This document shows positions 1 through 13,500 of a stretch of 64,000 bases of DNA, in pieces. The position numbers and the translations under genes are program-made. A model generated the notes under the pieces. It made no database searches. It saw nothing but the letters and a program-made list of their open reading frames with translations, and had not been told where the DNA came from. The DNA is from Marsupella aquatica. Its lineage: Eukaryota > Plantae > Marchantiophyta. Position 1 is the first letter of the stretch; the number at the start of each line of letters is the position of its first letter. The stretch lies in contig OZ316896.1 in assembly GCA_973895155.1 (NCBI GenBank), positions 20,138,754-20,202,753 on the forward strand. Reading direction: 5' to 3'.

Positions 1-2513
1 CAAATTGTTCCAAATATTCTATGCAAAGTACTCCACCCACATGCCTATTGCGCAACATCAAATAGAATTATGCTCCTTCAATGAAACAAGGATTCAATCT
101 TACCATGAGACAAAATAATAGGTTTCAGTGTTGAGAAACATACAAGTAAAATTGGGTTTGTAAATTTGCACTACTGCTTGCTAAGTCAGGTTGGGGGATT
201 TCACTAAAGCTTGGTAATGTCATTTTGAAGTGGTTTGCAGAAACCTTAGTAATAGTGACTCCTGAAATTTCAATGCCCGATCTTAGATTTGGGGGGGATG
301 GGGGCCTTGCTGGAAATATGGCTTGTCTTCCTTGAGAATAGCCTTGATATATGTTGAGATCATTTGAAATTTGCTTGCACTGTTGGTCATATGATGCATC
401 ATTCTCCTTGCTAACTCGAAACACATTCTGACAGAGTATCTTCACATACTTTAACCAGCTAGTTGTTTCATTATCAAAGTTTAAGGTTGTGGATGTGGAC
501 GGCAGATTTGCATTTGGTAAGACATTACTTGGGTCAATTGTCGTGTCTTCTGCTAATTAAGAAACATTCACCCATTAATCACATAGAAGGTGGTCCTACA
601 TTGTCATTGTCTTGACTTTGCAACATTAATGACCTGGAAGAGCAACAAGTTTGGGTACTACCACTCTTGTGGCATGAATATGCTATAAGTGTGGTACAAT
701 TCACTGTCCTTGTTCACCCAATGCACATTCTCAGTAAGATTCCTTCCTGTATTCCTTTTGAAGTCCAAGCCAAATTCAAACAAACCCATTTTACTATCAT
801 CATCCCCTTAAAATATATATGATAAAGCATTAGTAAGGGTGTTGATAGCTGAGGTGGGGGTACCAACAGTCATTCCATGAAAGGTGTATAATGAGTACGA
901 CTGTATAGGGTAATGGGTGTTTCAGGGGTTGTCCCTTTGCAAACATATGTAATTTTGGGCTCTATCTATCAACAAGAAATGTTGTCTTGCAAGGGAAATG
1001 GGTGTTTAAGGGGTTGTCCCTTTGCAAACATATATAATGTTAGGCTCTATCCATCAACAAGAGATGTTGTCTTGCTTGTGAGTGAACATTCGTGAGCCTC
1101 AACAGAGTTTGGCTCTAAGCCTGAGCCTGACCTGTGACAAGATATAGCCCAATGGAATCTGAAAAACTAAGTAGCAGACTGTATTTACGTACATTAATTT
1201 GGGGTCCTCACTTATTTCCTCCCTACCCATCACGCGAAAGTAAGTATAGGGTTTGTTTATTGGGTTGAGAAGAATACTTTTAAATTTATGTAGAAGAACA
1301 TTAGGGTTTTGAAAAATCAAATTTTGAGAATTATAAGAGAAGATAGAGTTTTAGAAATGATTTTTTGGAATATTTTTTGAATATTTCAAATAGATAGGGG
1401 TTAGAAAAATAGTTCAGAAAAACTTTTTCTGATTTTTTAGGGTGTTTTATAGCTAAAAACATCAAGCGTGTTATGCGACCCCCTTAAGAGTGAGGCCCCC
1501 GAGAATTCATGGCAAGTACAGTAAGTTGCTTATCAGGCCTGGTTCATCATCTCTCAATGTTAATTACAAGCTTGAGCCGCTATCACCTGGGATCTGTAGT
1601 TTGCTTCTCTGAAGATTATGTATAGTGCAAAATAAGGTTCATTAAGACATCATGAACTGTAGTGGCACATAAACCTTGCCTACACTTTGCAGCCTTCTTT
1701 CCAATGACTGGCTTGTAGAACCAAAAGTTTACATATATAATATAATTATTATGGATGCACATGGGGCACAACTTGTTGTACTTAATGCAAGCCACACCGT
1801 CCAACCCAATACTGTAAAATAAACCATACTTTGCCACCATTTCGACATCCCTGCCAACAAATGATTCATTCATGACCATATATACCTTGGATGGAAGTGC
1901 TTTCTAGTGTTGATCATAACTGAATCCCATTGCCCTTTTCTAAGACTTTCCAATTGGGTTGCATTTGGGAATGACCCTCTAGACAAGATGCTTAATATTC
2001 ACTCTGATATTTTGTTCTATCCAAAGTTTCTTCAAAGCTCTTGAGAATACCTGATAGAGATTTTGCAAATTTACTAGCAAGAAAGGAGAAGTTGATCACA
2101 AGAAATGACCCACATTACCAGGTATTTTGCTACGGGGAGTATTTGACCCCCCAGGTGTGGTCTGTCCGGGTTGCAGATTCAATGATGTGCCGGAGAAAGA
2201 AGCAACATCTTTATCATTCCTTGGTGTTCCAGCAGCTGAGGATGAGGGAGTGGTTTGTGTAGATTTTGCAACAATGTTTGCCCAGCTTGTTTTTACCCCA
2301 GTGTTTACATTGCCCAAGGTTGGGACCCGGGTTGGGGTAGTGGTCTGTGTATTATGTTGTATATTATGGGGCATGGTGACACCCAAGGTAGTCTCTGAGC
2401 CTTGTCCCTCTCTAGGATTCCCTGCCCCTCCTTGTGGGGTATTTTGGGGGGAACTCCCTCCATGTCCTTGAGTCTTTCCACCTTGCCATTGTTGCCCCAC
2501 TCCTTGTTCCCGT

Positions 2514-2636
2514 CCCTGTCCATGTTGTTGTCTGCCCCGTCCTGATCCCTGCCCCTGTCCATGTTGTTGTCTGCCCCGTCCTGATCTCTGCCCCTGTCCA
2601 TGTTGTTGTCTGCCCCGTCCTGATTCCTGCCCCTAT
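2514..2636 (-). repeat. About 3 tandem copies of a 39-bp unit encoding MDRGRDQDGADNN inside a decayed low-complexity ORF (2096-2751), probably a TE remnant
   Basis: The unit CCCTGTCCATGTTGTTGTCTGCCCCGTCCTGAT(C/T)(C/T)CTGC is repeated. Surrounding ORFs are frameshifted and low-complexity. Confidence 0.8.
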
Positions 2637-4929
2637 CCCCGTCCTTGTTGTTGTCCATCTCGCCCAGCCATTTATATTTTGGCAAATAATTCCTCGAACC
2701 TTCCTCCAACGGCAAATGTAAGACAAAATCTTTAAAAGTGAAAATGACCAATATATGTCAGCAACTGACTGATGCTCCAAACACAATTGTCAGGTTTTCA
2801 AGTCATGGGGGCTGGCATGTGACCAGAACTTACTATAAGATATTGGTATTGGATTGGATGCAAGAGTCATTATGCATTTGTGTGTTAGGCAAGTCGTTGA
2901 GAATACTACTCTAATGTATGAACTGCATGTTTGTATCAATCAGCCATGGTCATTTTGATGGGATGGAAATTTGAGTGAGTCAAACTGAGGGAGCTAGTAC
3001 CCCCAATTGCCAGCAATGTTGTGTTATTTTTGGAGGTGTTTGCCAGTCACACTCCCCTGAAAAAATGGCAAAGGAATGCCTTATGTTGCCTATCTTGGGC
3101 CTGTCCTTGTCCCACCCCTGTCCTTCTTGTTGCCTGAATCACCTTTCTTGTCCCTCTCCTTGTTGACTAGACTGCCCTCCTCCGTTTAAAGGTTTATTCT
3201 TTTTCCCTTCTTGAATTGATAAACACAATTACTTGCAGACATGGTTGTTCCTATATGTGTGTATTAGAACTGAAGGTTCATGAGACCCAGGCCAGGGAAA
3301 GGTTTGTTAGGACAGGAGACACTTGATAAGTGTGGTGGAAGAGTCACTTGTCAACCATGATTACTCTTGACAATTTCACCCATTAGGGATATATTCTGCC
3401 CTCAGAAGTGTGTCATATAATGAAAGTGTGCTATGTTTGAACAACCTTTAATTTCTAATATTTATTTACTGTGTTTTTTCACAGATAATGATGTTCAGTG
3501 ACACTAACCTTGAAATTGCATGCATGCTTGATAGGCCTACTGTAAGCACAAGACATACAAAGACTCTCACATCCACTATGGGTAGTACATGTTCTTAGAA
3601 TATACATTTTCAGGGCAAGCAAGTTCACACAAATGTGGAGTGAAATGGACAGACACACCCATTCACAAATGATCCCATCTCATCAATTACTCATGACTGT
3701 GGAGTATTCAATCTGAACTTGTATTTTGCTCTCACAATCTGAAGAAGTCTAAGCATTGTTGCAACCTATGCTGGACTCTTCATTGTCAGCATCAATGCTC
3801 TACTTGTTTATGGGTCTATGCCTTGCCTTTCCCTACTGTAACAACAACATCATTTGACTAAGAATTCCTTGTAGCTGGCCATTGCAATATCATTCAGGAA
3901 AAGTGAAAGAGTTGTCCTAGTACTTTAATGGACCAGATTGGTAAGACCACATTGTGCTATCATATTGGCCAAGCGAGGTATTGCATAACATGCATAATAT
4001 TCAATCCCCAGGGAACCAAATCCGAAGAAGGTTTCCATGCAAACTTTCATCTAAAGCTTTGAAGGTCACACGTGCCAATGGCAATTGACCTTTATAAACA
4101 AATTGTCTTGCCAGACCAATCCATATTTCATGAGAGTCAACTCCTCAACAGATTGTTGTGCTTACTATATTTAGGTGGTAAAGCTAGAACTGATAATTGC
4201 AAAGAGTGATTCGTGCAACTTATACCAAACTCATAAGAAGCTAGATAGACCATCATTTGAATTGGTAACAAAGCAATCTAGACTGAAATGTCCTTTGCTT
4301 CCACGGAGAACACCAACATTTTCTCTCAAATGAGTTAATTTGTTTATAGTTATGTCTCACTTGAGAATGTCAAACCCTTGCTAAAAGTTACCTGATGAAA
4401 AAGGAATTATATTGAAATAAATGCTCAAAAATAATGTCCCGTTGCACATGTTGCAATCGTGGTCAAAATCACGTCCAGGGGCAAGGAGTCTCTGCTTAAC
4501 AACAATGTATGAATTTGATCAATGCATTTGGACAACTTTCCAGATCACAGTGATGATATTCTCTGATATTCTCCTACAATAGTATGTACATTTATCTCTG
4601 TCTCATTCAACACATTGAGAGTCGTGACGCTTCAAGGTTTATGCATGACCTAGAGCATCTCAAGCAACCATTCCATGATTCTTCAAATTGTCATGCATGG
4701 GAGCCAAAGTGGCAGTGAGGTGTAAACTCGTATGAGATATCGGCTCCCAACCTTGTGCTCCCATAGAATTCCTAATTTGCATGGGTACCACTAAAATCTA
4801 CATTTTAACTAGAATGACATGGATTTAGAATGACATTTAAAGTCTGATTTTCATACAAAGAGCATATTTTTTGGGATCCATCCCAACTTAAAGGTTTGGA
4901 TGAAGTTTCCATTGTAGATGGGTTGTATT

Positions 4930-5273
4930 TGTTAGATATTGCTCTAGTCTTGTGACTCATGAGCTAACCACAGTTAGTCTACCTTGGGTTAGGACTTAGC
5001 TAATGTTAGCGGTAATGCTATTGTGCATATAGCCAGGGCTGATGCCAGACCCTGGTGGAACTTAGGCTCATTGTTACGGAGCTAGTTGACAGATAGGGAG
5101 AGCTTGTGCTGTGGATGCTTGGTATGGCCGGTCGGCCTAGAGTGCAGTAAAGCTCTTGTGTGTTCCCGTGGACGTAGCCTCATGTGGAGGTGAACCACAT
5201 ATCTCTCTGTGTCGACTCTTGTGCGTTGGATGGTTCATGGGCTTGCCGTTACGAATGTCGTCTATGCTCAACA
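4930..5273 (+). mobile_element. Solo LTR (344 bp), copia-like short-LTR family
   Basis: TGTTAG...TCAACA termini and an imperfect 5-bp TSD (GTATT/ATATT). It is a closely similar reverse complement of 30923-31266. Confidence 0.85.
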
Positions 5274-5629
5274 ATATTATCTGGTATTTGGGGTCAATGG
5301 TGAGCCCGCTAGTGGTTAGAATTGTCTTTGGTGCATTGCACGTGGACCTGATCCCCACCACTCACAAACATTGACAACCCCTTGTGAGAGCACACAACAA
5401 GGAGAGTAGACTGGCGAGCCCACCAGCAAGCCATGTCTACAGACATGAGATTGGATGATAGGTGCCCCTCCACATACAGTTTCGCAAGAATGGACAGGGG
5501 CAGCTACTGCATGCCATGACTTGCTTGTTCACTCAGGCATTAAGAAGCATGGCCTGAAGCCTGGGTTTAAATTTTCCATGGCCTTGTGGGGACAGGGAAA
5601 GGGCTTTAGTGAGCAACTCTGGCTAAAGT

Positions 5630-6245
5630 CACTGGTGACCTGTTCATAAAAATAGCATTTTGGGATTCTATCATTCTTAGCTGTTGTCTAGTTTCTCGGC
5701 CCATCTAAAAAACCCGTACAGAAATGAAGCAGGAGCCACTATACCAATTACAAGTGTGATTGCAACTACGATTATTGCAAACTGGACAATGGTATGACTG
5801 CTCTCTCGCAAGCACCTCTCGCTAACATCACTGGTGACCTGTTCATAAAGATTGCATTTTGGGATTCTATCATTCTTAGCTGCTTTCTAGTTTCACCCAT
5901 CTAAAAACCCCTATCAAAAATCAAGCAGGATCCACCATACTTGCCACCATACCAACTACAACCATGATTGCAACTACAATTATAATTGCAAATTGGACAA
6001 GGTATAACGGTGCTTTAGCGAGAACCTCCCCCTAAAGTGACTGTGCTTTAGCGAGCACCTCCCCCTAAAGTGACCAGTGACCTGTTCATAGAAATACCAT
6101 TTTGGGATTCTATCGTTCTCAGCTGCTTTCTAGATTCATGGCCCATCTGAAAACCCCTACCAAACATCAAGCACGATCCACCATACCAACTACAAGTATG
6201 ATTGCAACTACAAGTATTGAAAATTGGATAGTGGTATGAATGCAA
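5630..6245. repeat. Three diverged tandem copies of a ~200-245 bp unit
   Basis: GTGACCTGTTCATA...CATTTTGGGATTCTATC...CCCATCT...CCATACCAA.TACAA..TGATTGCAACTAC recurs from ~5630, ~5829 and ~6074. Confidence 0.85.
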
Positions 6246-6449
6246 TTGCGGCAACAGAGTCCTTAGGCACATACTAAGATCCATATGTTAACTACTGTAG
6301 GATGCCATGGATTTAGAATAAAAAAGTTTTATTTTCATACAAATAGCATTTTGGTTCCTACCTTAATTCAAAGTGTGGATGAAGATCCAATCTTAACTTA
6401 ATGTGCTTAAAGAAGAAAAATACCGACCAAAATCATGCAGGATTCACCA

Positions 6450-6905
6450 GACGGACTACAACTGCGATTTCAACTATGATTATTGTGAATTAATTGGACG
6501 ACAGTCCAACTGCAACTGTGATTTCATCTACAATTATTGCAAATTGGACTACAGTCCAACTGCAACTGCAATTTCATCCGCGGTACTTGTGAGGTGGACT
6601 ACAGTCCAACTACAACTGCAGCTTTATCTACAATGATTGCGATTTGGACTACATTCCGACTGCAACTGTGATTTCATCTACAATGATTGCAAATTGGACT
6701 ACAGTCGGACTGCAACTGCAATTTATCTACAATTATTGTGAATTGGACTACAGTCCAACTGCAACTGCGATTTCATCTACGATGATTGCGAATTGGACTA
6801 CAGTCAGACTGCAACTGCGATTTTATCTACAGATTGGACTACAGTCCGACTGCGACTGCGATTTTATCTACGATAATGGCGAATTGGACTACAGTATGAC
6901 TGCGA
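6450..6905. repeat. 50-bp minisatellite, ~9-10 copies, directly upstream of the TNO1-like gene leader
   Basis: The GGAC(T/G)ACA anchor occurs at 6496, 6546, 6596, 6646, 6696, 6745, 6795, 6836 and 6886. Confidence 0.92.
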
Positions 6906-7560
6906 CTTAGACTGAGACTGCTTTCTTCCTTGGTCGCTGACGCAGGAGACAAGTCGATCGGACATTCGGACAAGCTACGAGAATGTTGCCCTGATCATTG
7001 ATCGAGAGAGCCTTGAGAGTTATAAGGAGTTGTGGCAGCTGGAGGGAGGGATCAATTGAGGTGGCAAAATGCTGCGTAGTTCAGAATTGGCAGGAGATGC
7101 TTCCATGATCCGCGGGAGGGATGCGTGTGCAGGTTTGAGAACTCTTTCCGTGTTGTGGGCGTTGTAGAGGAGAATGGGGTCGAGCGGATTCGGGCACAGA
7201 TGCTGGTCGATTGGCGGAGGATGGAACGCTCTTTCATGCCTTGGTATCCCAAGCTCTAGCGGGCTTTAGGAGGTGAGTTTCAAAATGCGGTGAAGCAGAC
7301 CTCCCTCTGTTCCCTTGCGCTCTCGCTTGATCGCCCAACCTTTCGCAGCGGTCTTACTCGCATTGAATTCTTCGGATTGATTCTCGGTCTGTCCTTTCGT
7401 GTGTTTTCAATAGTGAAATATTGGAATTTAGGGTTACTGTAGTGCAATGCAAGCTTTGATTTTCTCAGTGGAAATTATCGTTTAAGTTGTTCAAGGAGGA
7501 TTGAGCTGATATTTGGGTAGGAGATGATTGTGTAGAACTTTGCCCAGGAGAGTGAAGAGG

Positions 7561-10500
7561 ATGGACAAACCCAAGAGCAAGGGTGATCTCCGTGCCGCAG
7601 GGAAGAAGCGGGTGAGTGAGTTAGCTCGTTAACCAATGTTCATGGCTATGTGAGAATTCCAGGGTACACCTCATAATGGTGTTTTATTGCGCTTTGGAAT
7701 ATGATTTGGACTCATATCTCCTTTGAATATGATCAACTTTCATAAAATGTATCCTTGTATAGTCCTCTCAAATGAAGGCCATGAGATAACGGGGAGCTTA
7801 AGGTTTGTACTTGACCAGAGTATACTCGTGTTATGCTGTTTGAAATTGGGATCAGCTGCAGGAATTTCGTCAAAAGAAGCAACAGAAAGGGAGCTCTAAT
7901 AAAAGCTCTAGCACCGCCATCAAGGCGCTGGCAGATGACGACAAGTCTGTTTCAGGAGCATCGGCTTCCCCAGACAGTTCTGTTGTACAGCAGGACAACG
8001 AGCTCCTTGAAAAATCTGATGAAAGGGGCACTGATCTGGCTCAGGGTCAGTCTACCATAGATGGCAGTCCTGTGCCAGGTGATACAAAGCCGGATCAACT
8101 ACATATAGGGGAAGAGCCTGTTGAGCCTGGGCCGTCAGTGGAATCTGAAGCTTTAACCTCAGTAGAATCCTCGGGCAATCCTGAATTGGTCACAAAGTCA
8201 ATCTCTTCGGATCAGATTATGGGTGAAGAATGTGAAAACAATGGAGTAGAAACATCAGAATGCACCACTGACTCGAAGATCTCGCCAGCACTGCTTGGGT
8301 CTGGTCAATTCCTACAGGAAGGTCTCAAGAATAATGGAAATACCAAAGAGAGCAGGCTGGACGATGCGTCCTCGAGAAGTTTAGATATTCAGGTAATGAA
8401 ATTTGTACTTGTGTTCGATTTCATGACATCGATTTCAAGATGGATGGCATTAAGGGACTGAAGAGAAATACATTGGTTCTCGATTCAGTGTCTTATGATC
8501 TGAGTATTTTTGACGATTTCTTTTTCATGCTTCTGAAGATGTATTTGTTCTGTTTGTGTTCGTTACTGTGTATGTTGTGTTTCGTCGGAGCAGAATTTTC
8601 ATAAAGACGGAAGTGTAGTGCCCATACCCGTGAATAAAACACCGGTAGCACTACAAGAAACCACTGATGATAGAGTCGTCCCTGAGATTGAAGTCCTGAA
8701 AAGGCAGGTACAGAATCTAGTTGAACAGAAGGAATTGGTCTCCAACCAGCTTACATTCAAAGCCGAACAGCAAGTTCAAGACGAAAGTAAGGTGAAGTCT
8801 CTGGTTGCTGACGTGGAGTCAATCCGACAAGAACTTAATTCTGTAAAAAATGAGAAGGTGCAACTGCTTGAAGAGTTTACTTCATCACAGAAGGAGCTCC
8901 AGAACTCAAATCGACATCTTGCTTCAGAGCTCCTGGCATCTCGAGAGCAAGTTGTGGCAGCTAACCGGAGGGCATCAATTCTTTCTGAAGAACTTGAACG
9001 GGCTAAACAGGAGGTGGTTGAGGCAAATGCTAAATTTGCGAAAGAGATGGAAAGTATGCAGGGCCTTGTGAAAGGTGGAGAATTGAGGATTGCACAGTTG
9101 GTCGAAGAAATGGCTACCACCCAGATGCTCTTCCAAGGATTGCAAGATGAGAAAATATCACTGAATGATGGCATCGGATGGTTCGAGAATGAGCTTCACA
9201 AATATAAGGAGGAGTTGCTGCAGAAAGGTAATGAGCTTGATGTCTCAAACCAGCGCATACAGACATTCGAAGAGGAACTTGCATCTGAGCACAGGACTTT
9301 GCAGCAAGTGCAGGAATTATTGGCAGAGAAATCTCAACTGGTGGACGGAGGCAGAGTGTCGAATGAAAAGTTAGAAGGGTTGCTATCAGCTAAAGAGGCG
9401 GAGCTTGGGGCTTACGGTGACCAGATCGGCCTCTTGGAGAGTGAAAAGTTGGGACTGGTCCATCAGGTGGACGAGTTAAAACATCACTTGGACGATGCAA
9501 GACAGAGGGAGGAAGGAGTCCGTGCTGATCTTGAAGCGCATTGCAAGGCTATTGAAGAGCAGTTGAAGCAACTGCAGGATGAGAGGTTGGAACTATTCGA
9601 CGAGCTACAGAAAGCAAAGTTGTTGTCGAAGAGTCTGAGCGATGACAGGTCCAGCCTGACGGCTGCCTTTGACCTGCAACTTGAACAGCTTCGAGAAGAC
9701 TTGAGGAAAAGAGAAGAAGAACATATGAAGCAGGGCAATCAGCTCTTTGAGTCAAGTCAAGAACTCCAGAAAGTTCGTGGTGACCATGCACAGGCCGTGA
9801 AAGAAATGGAAAGTGCCCTTCATGAATGCAGAACAGCCCTCGACCTTGAAACTGTTGAAAAGTCAAATGCTATACAAGAACTGATATCGGCAAGAGATCA
9901 ACTCCTCTTGTTGATTGAAGGAAAGGGACAGGAAGTTGCCAATCTTGGAAATCAATTGGCAGAGCACAAGGACCAAGTCAGGACAAAGATTGAAGAAAAC
10001 TCTTCTTTGATGGTGTTGCTTGAAGAATGTAGGGGTGAGCTCGAAAAGACAACAAGATGTGCATCAGATTACGAATCGAAACTTGAGAAGCATCGAGCAG
10101 TTTCTGATGAGCTGCTAGAAGAGAAAGGAAGTTTGGCGGCCGAATTGATGGAAATTCGAGCACAGTATGAGCTTATGCAGCAAACTGCTAACCAACATAG
10201 GTTGGAGCTGGAGAAGGTCACGGAAATTTTGAGAAGCCTTGAAGAGGACCACTGCAAACTTTTAAGCCAGTCAAAAATGTCTACAGACGGGCTAGCAAAA
10301 TTAAGGGCAGATAAGGAAGACGTAGAATTCGAGCTGGTGGCATGCAGGGAGCGCGTGACAAAGTCGGAGGAGCAAAACTCCAACATGGTCAAGTTGCTAG
10401 AAGACACCCAAAATGAACTGCAACGGGTCAGAGAGGATAATTTACTATCGTCCTCCGACCTTGCATCAGAGCTTGATAAGCACAGAGTTCTATACAGTGA

Positions 10501-13500
10501 GCTACTCGTAGAAAAAAAAAGATTGGTGTCTGAACTTCAACTGGCAATGGAACAGGCGCAGCTCTTCCAACAGGAAATGACACAAGGAAAGGAACGAATT
10601 TCTGAGCTCGCGGAGCTGCAGAAGCACTTGAAAGAAATTGAAGGGAATCACTCGAAGTCGCTAAACGCGTTGACAGTGTCTCAGAGTGATATGTCAAAGT
10701 TGAAGGAGGAGAACAGTTTTGCTGAGCTACAGTTGGCTGGATGTAAAGAACAGCTAGCAAAGTTGGAAAATGTGAATAAGGATTTGGTAGGGGTATATGA
10801 TCGACAACAAGAGCAGCTGGATGCAGTTCTTGGTGAGAAAGAAAAGTTGCTGGCTGACCATGTTGTGGAGCTTCAGAAATTCAGAGAACAACAAAGCGAT
10901 GCTGAAGAAACTAGAACTAAGCAAACGGCATATCTTCAGCAACTGCTGACTGATCTGGAAGACTTGAAGAGTGAGAAAACCGAGGTAGCCTCAGAGCTGG
11001 AAACGTATAAACAGCAATATCGGGAATTGGGCGACGAGAATTGGAAAGTTGCATCCGAGTTAAACAAATGCAAAGATCAATTACAGGTTCTCATGGAAGT
11101 GAAGACTTTGGCAGAATCTATGCTCGAAGAGTCTCAGGAGATGGAACGGAAGCTGAAGGAGGGTAATGCTCTTCTGATGACAGAACTTGAGGATCAGAGG
11201 GGGCTGCAGCAAAACATACATGAGCAGAAGGCGAATGAAATAGAAAGGTTGGAGCAGCAAGTGAAGGAGTTGGTTCAATCGCAAGAACAGATGGCAAGGG
11301 AGCTTGCAGAAACACAAGAACATTCTCAAGTATTGGAAGGGTTGTCTAAAACGTTCAATAAGATCTCTGAGGAGAGGGACGCTCTACAGAGTGATGTGGA
11401 GACCTCTAGACGACAGCTAGAAGCACTACTCGGAGAGAAGCAGCAACTAAATCTGAAATTTGAAGATGCTTTGGAAACCTGGAAGGTTGAGAGACTTCAA
11501 CTATCACGAGATTTGGAAATCTCCGTGGAAAACCAGAGGGTCTTGGGCGTAGATAAGGCTCAGTTAGGTTCCGAGGTGGTAGAGCTGACGCTCAAGACAC
11601 ATGACCTCAATGCTCAGCAAGTGCAGCTAGCCATGGAAGTTGGAGCCCTACGGGAAATGATAGACTCTAGTGATGAGCAGCGAGCACATCTTGTCAGCGA
11701 GGTGGAAACCAAGGAGCAGTTATTGCAGACTCTTGCTGAGGGAAAGAATCAACTAGACTCTCAACTCCGGATAGAAAGAGAGAAAGCAACTGTTTGCAAT
11801 GATCAACTTACACAATTAACAGAGGATTTGCGCACAACGAAGCTCAGAATTCAGGAGCTTGAGTTGGAGGCAGCCCAATCAAGGGTTGACATCAAATATT
11901 CCCAGGCGCAAGTGGAATTGTTGACTGAGGAGAAACATAAACTCACTGAAGAGGTTGTAAATCATTTGTCAAAAGGAGATCAATCACAGCAGCTCCATGA
12001 GGAAATTCAAGGAATCAGGCAAGTAATTGCATCAAAAGATAAACAAGTGGAGCAGTTGACGAGTCAGTGCAAACTTTTGCAAACTGAGCTCGAGGTATCA
12101 AATATGGAGAAACGTGACCTTGCCCAAGATCTTGCATCTCTGAAGCACCAACTGCAACAAATAAGTGAACAAAAGTTGCATGGTGTGCATGAACTGACAC
12201 AGAGTATCGCAAGTAAACAGCACATGCTTGGAAACGAAGAAATAAAAGCTGAGTCAAGTTTGAACGAAGAGAAGGTCGCCCAACATGTGCCTGTATTGGG
12301 CGATGAAGAGCAGGATACTGGTGACGATTCTCAAGAGCCTGCTCACGACGTTCAATCCCTTCATACGCTGGAGGTAAGCTCTGAACCAAAGTCTGTGAAA
12401 GCGCAAGATTCAATGTTTTTTTGTTGGTTTAGTATCTTTTATAACACTTTCAAAGGAAAATCTCATCACAGGATGCAAGACCTTGGCAGTGAGCACCATT
12501 GAGATGATTCCAAGTAGCGCATGACAAAATTTCTTCTGGATTGAAATTGTGGCAGGAAATCTCCAAAAATTTGGGTCAGGAACTGCGTGAAACGTTGAGT
12601 TTAGTTGGCTACGTGCGTTCAGAATTTGAGAACCAAACAGAACAACTTAAGAAAGCTATCGAGGAAGTGGAGGTTAAGGAACATCAGCTGGACACTACCT
12701 TCGTTCGGGTTCATGAACTTGATCGTCAGGTCAAGGAGCTAACTGAAAATGCTGCAAACTTACAAGCAGAAAGGGATACTGCTCTGGAAGCACAGTACGC
12801 TGCTCAGGAGGAACTCAGACATTCGAAGAATAGTCTGATACAGGAAAAGTGTGTTCTTGAAGATCATCTACTCGTTTTGGAGGGAAATGGAGCCGCTTTG
12901 CAGGTGGAGCGTGATGATATAGCTGTAAAGTTTGCAACTCTAGAGCAGAGTCACGCACTTCTCTCAGAAAGAGCACTCCAAGAGTCCAAGGAAAAGGTGA
13001 GCTTGCAGGAGCAAGTGGCAACATTTCAGGTTCGGGTTGCGGAGTATAATACAGAATTGGGGAGTTACAAAGAGAGGGTGGCACAGTCTAACCTTCTTGT
13101 CGAGTCTTTGGTGCAAAAGCTGGAAGATCTTATTTGTAATGCGTTCCCTGAAGTCGGCCAGGAGGTAGTAGCCTCGCAGTGCAATAAAGACATTGCTGAT
13201 TACCAACATTCCCTGGCCAGTAGGTTGCATATTGAAATCACAGCAGTCCGTCATCAGCTACAAGATGCGAATGCGCGGCTCTCTGAAACTACTAAGCAGT
13301 TAAAGGAGGCTACAGACCAGTCGATGAGATTGTTGAAAGAGCGGACAATGGCAATTGAGACTGCGGAGCAGACCCGGTCTGAATTGATGAAAGTAGCTGA
13401 AGAAAAGGGAAAGCTTGAAACCTCGTTGACGAGGTTAGAAGCTATTGTTAGGACTGAGAATCTGAGGGCGGAGGAGCAGGCATTGACTTCTTCCAATCAG

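Noticed and set aside
100-4700. Assigning a family to the decayed element(s) in the first 4.7 kb
   Set aside because: CpG-depleted and full of stops. It looks TE-derived, but no termini, TSD or diagnostic domain could be identified by eye.
6450-6905. CRISPR-like periodic array
   Set aside because: Whole units are homologous with no unique spacers, there are no cas genes, and the context is eukaryotic. It is a minisatellite, and ORFs 6403-6910 are by-products.
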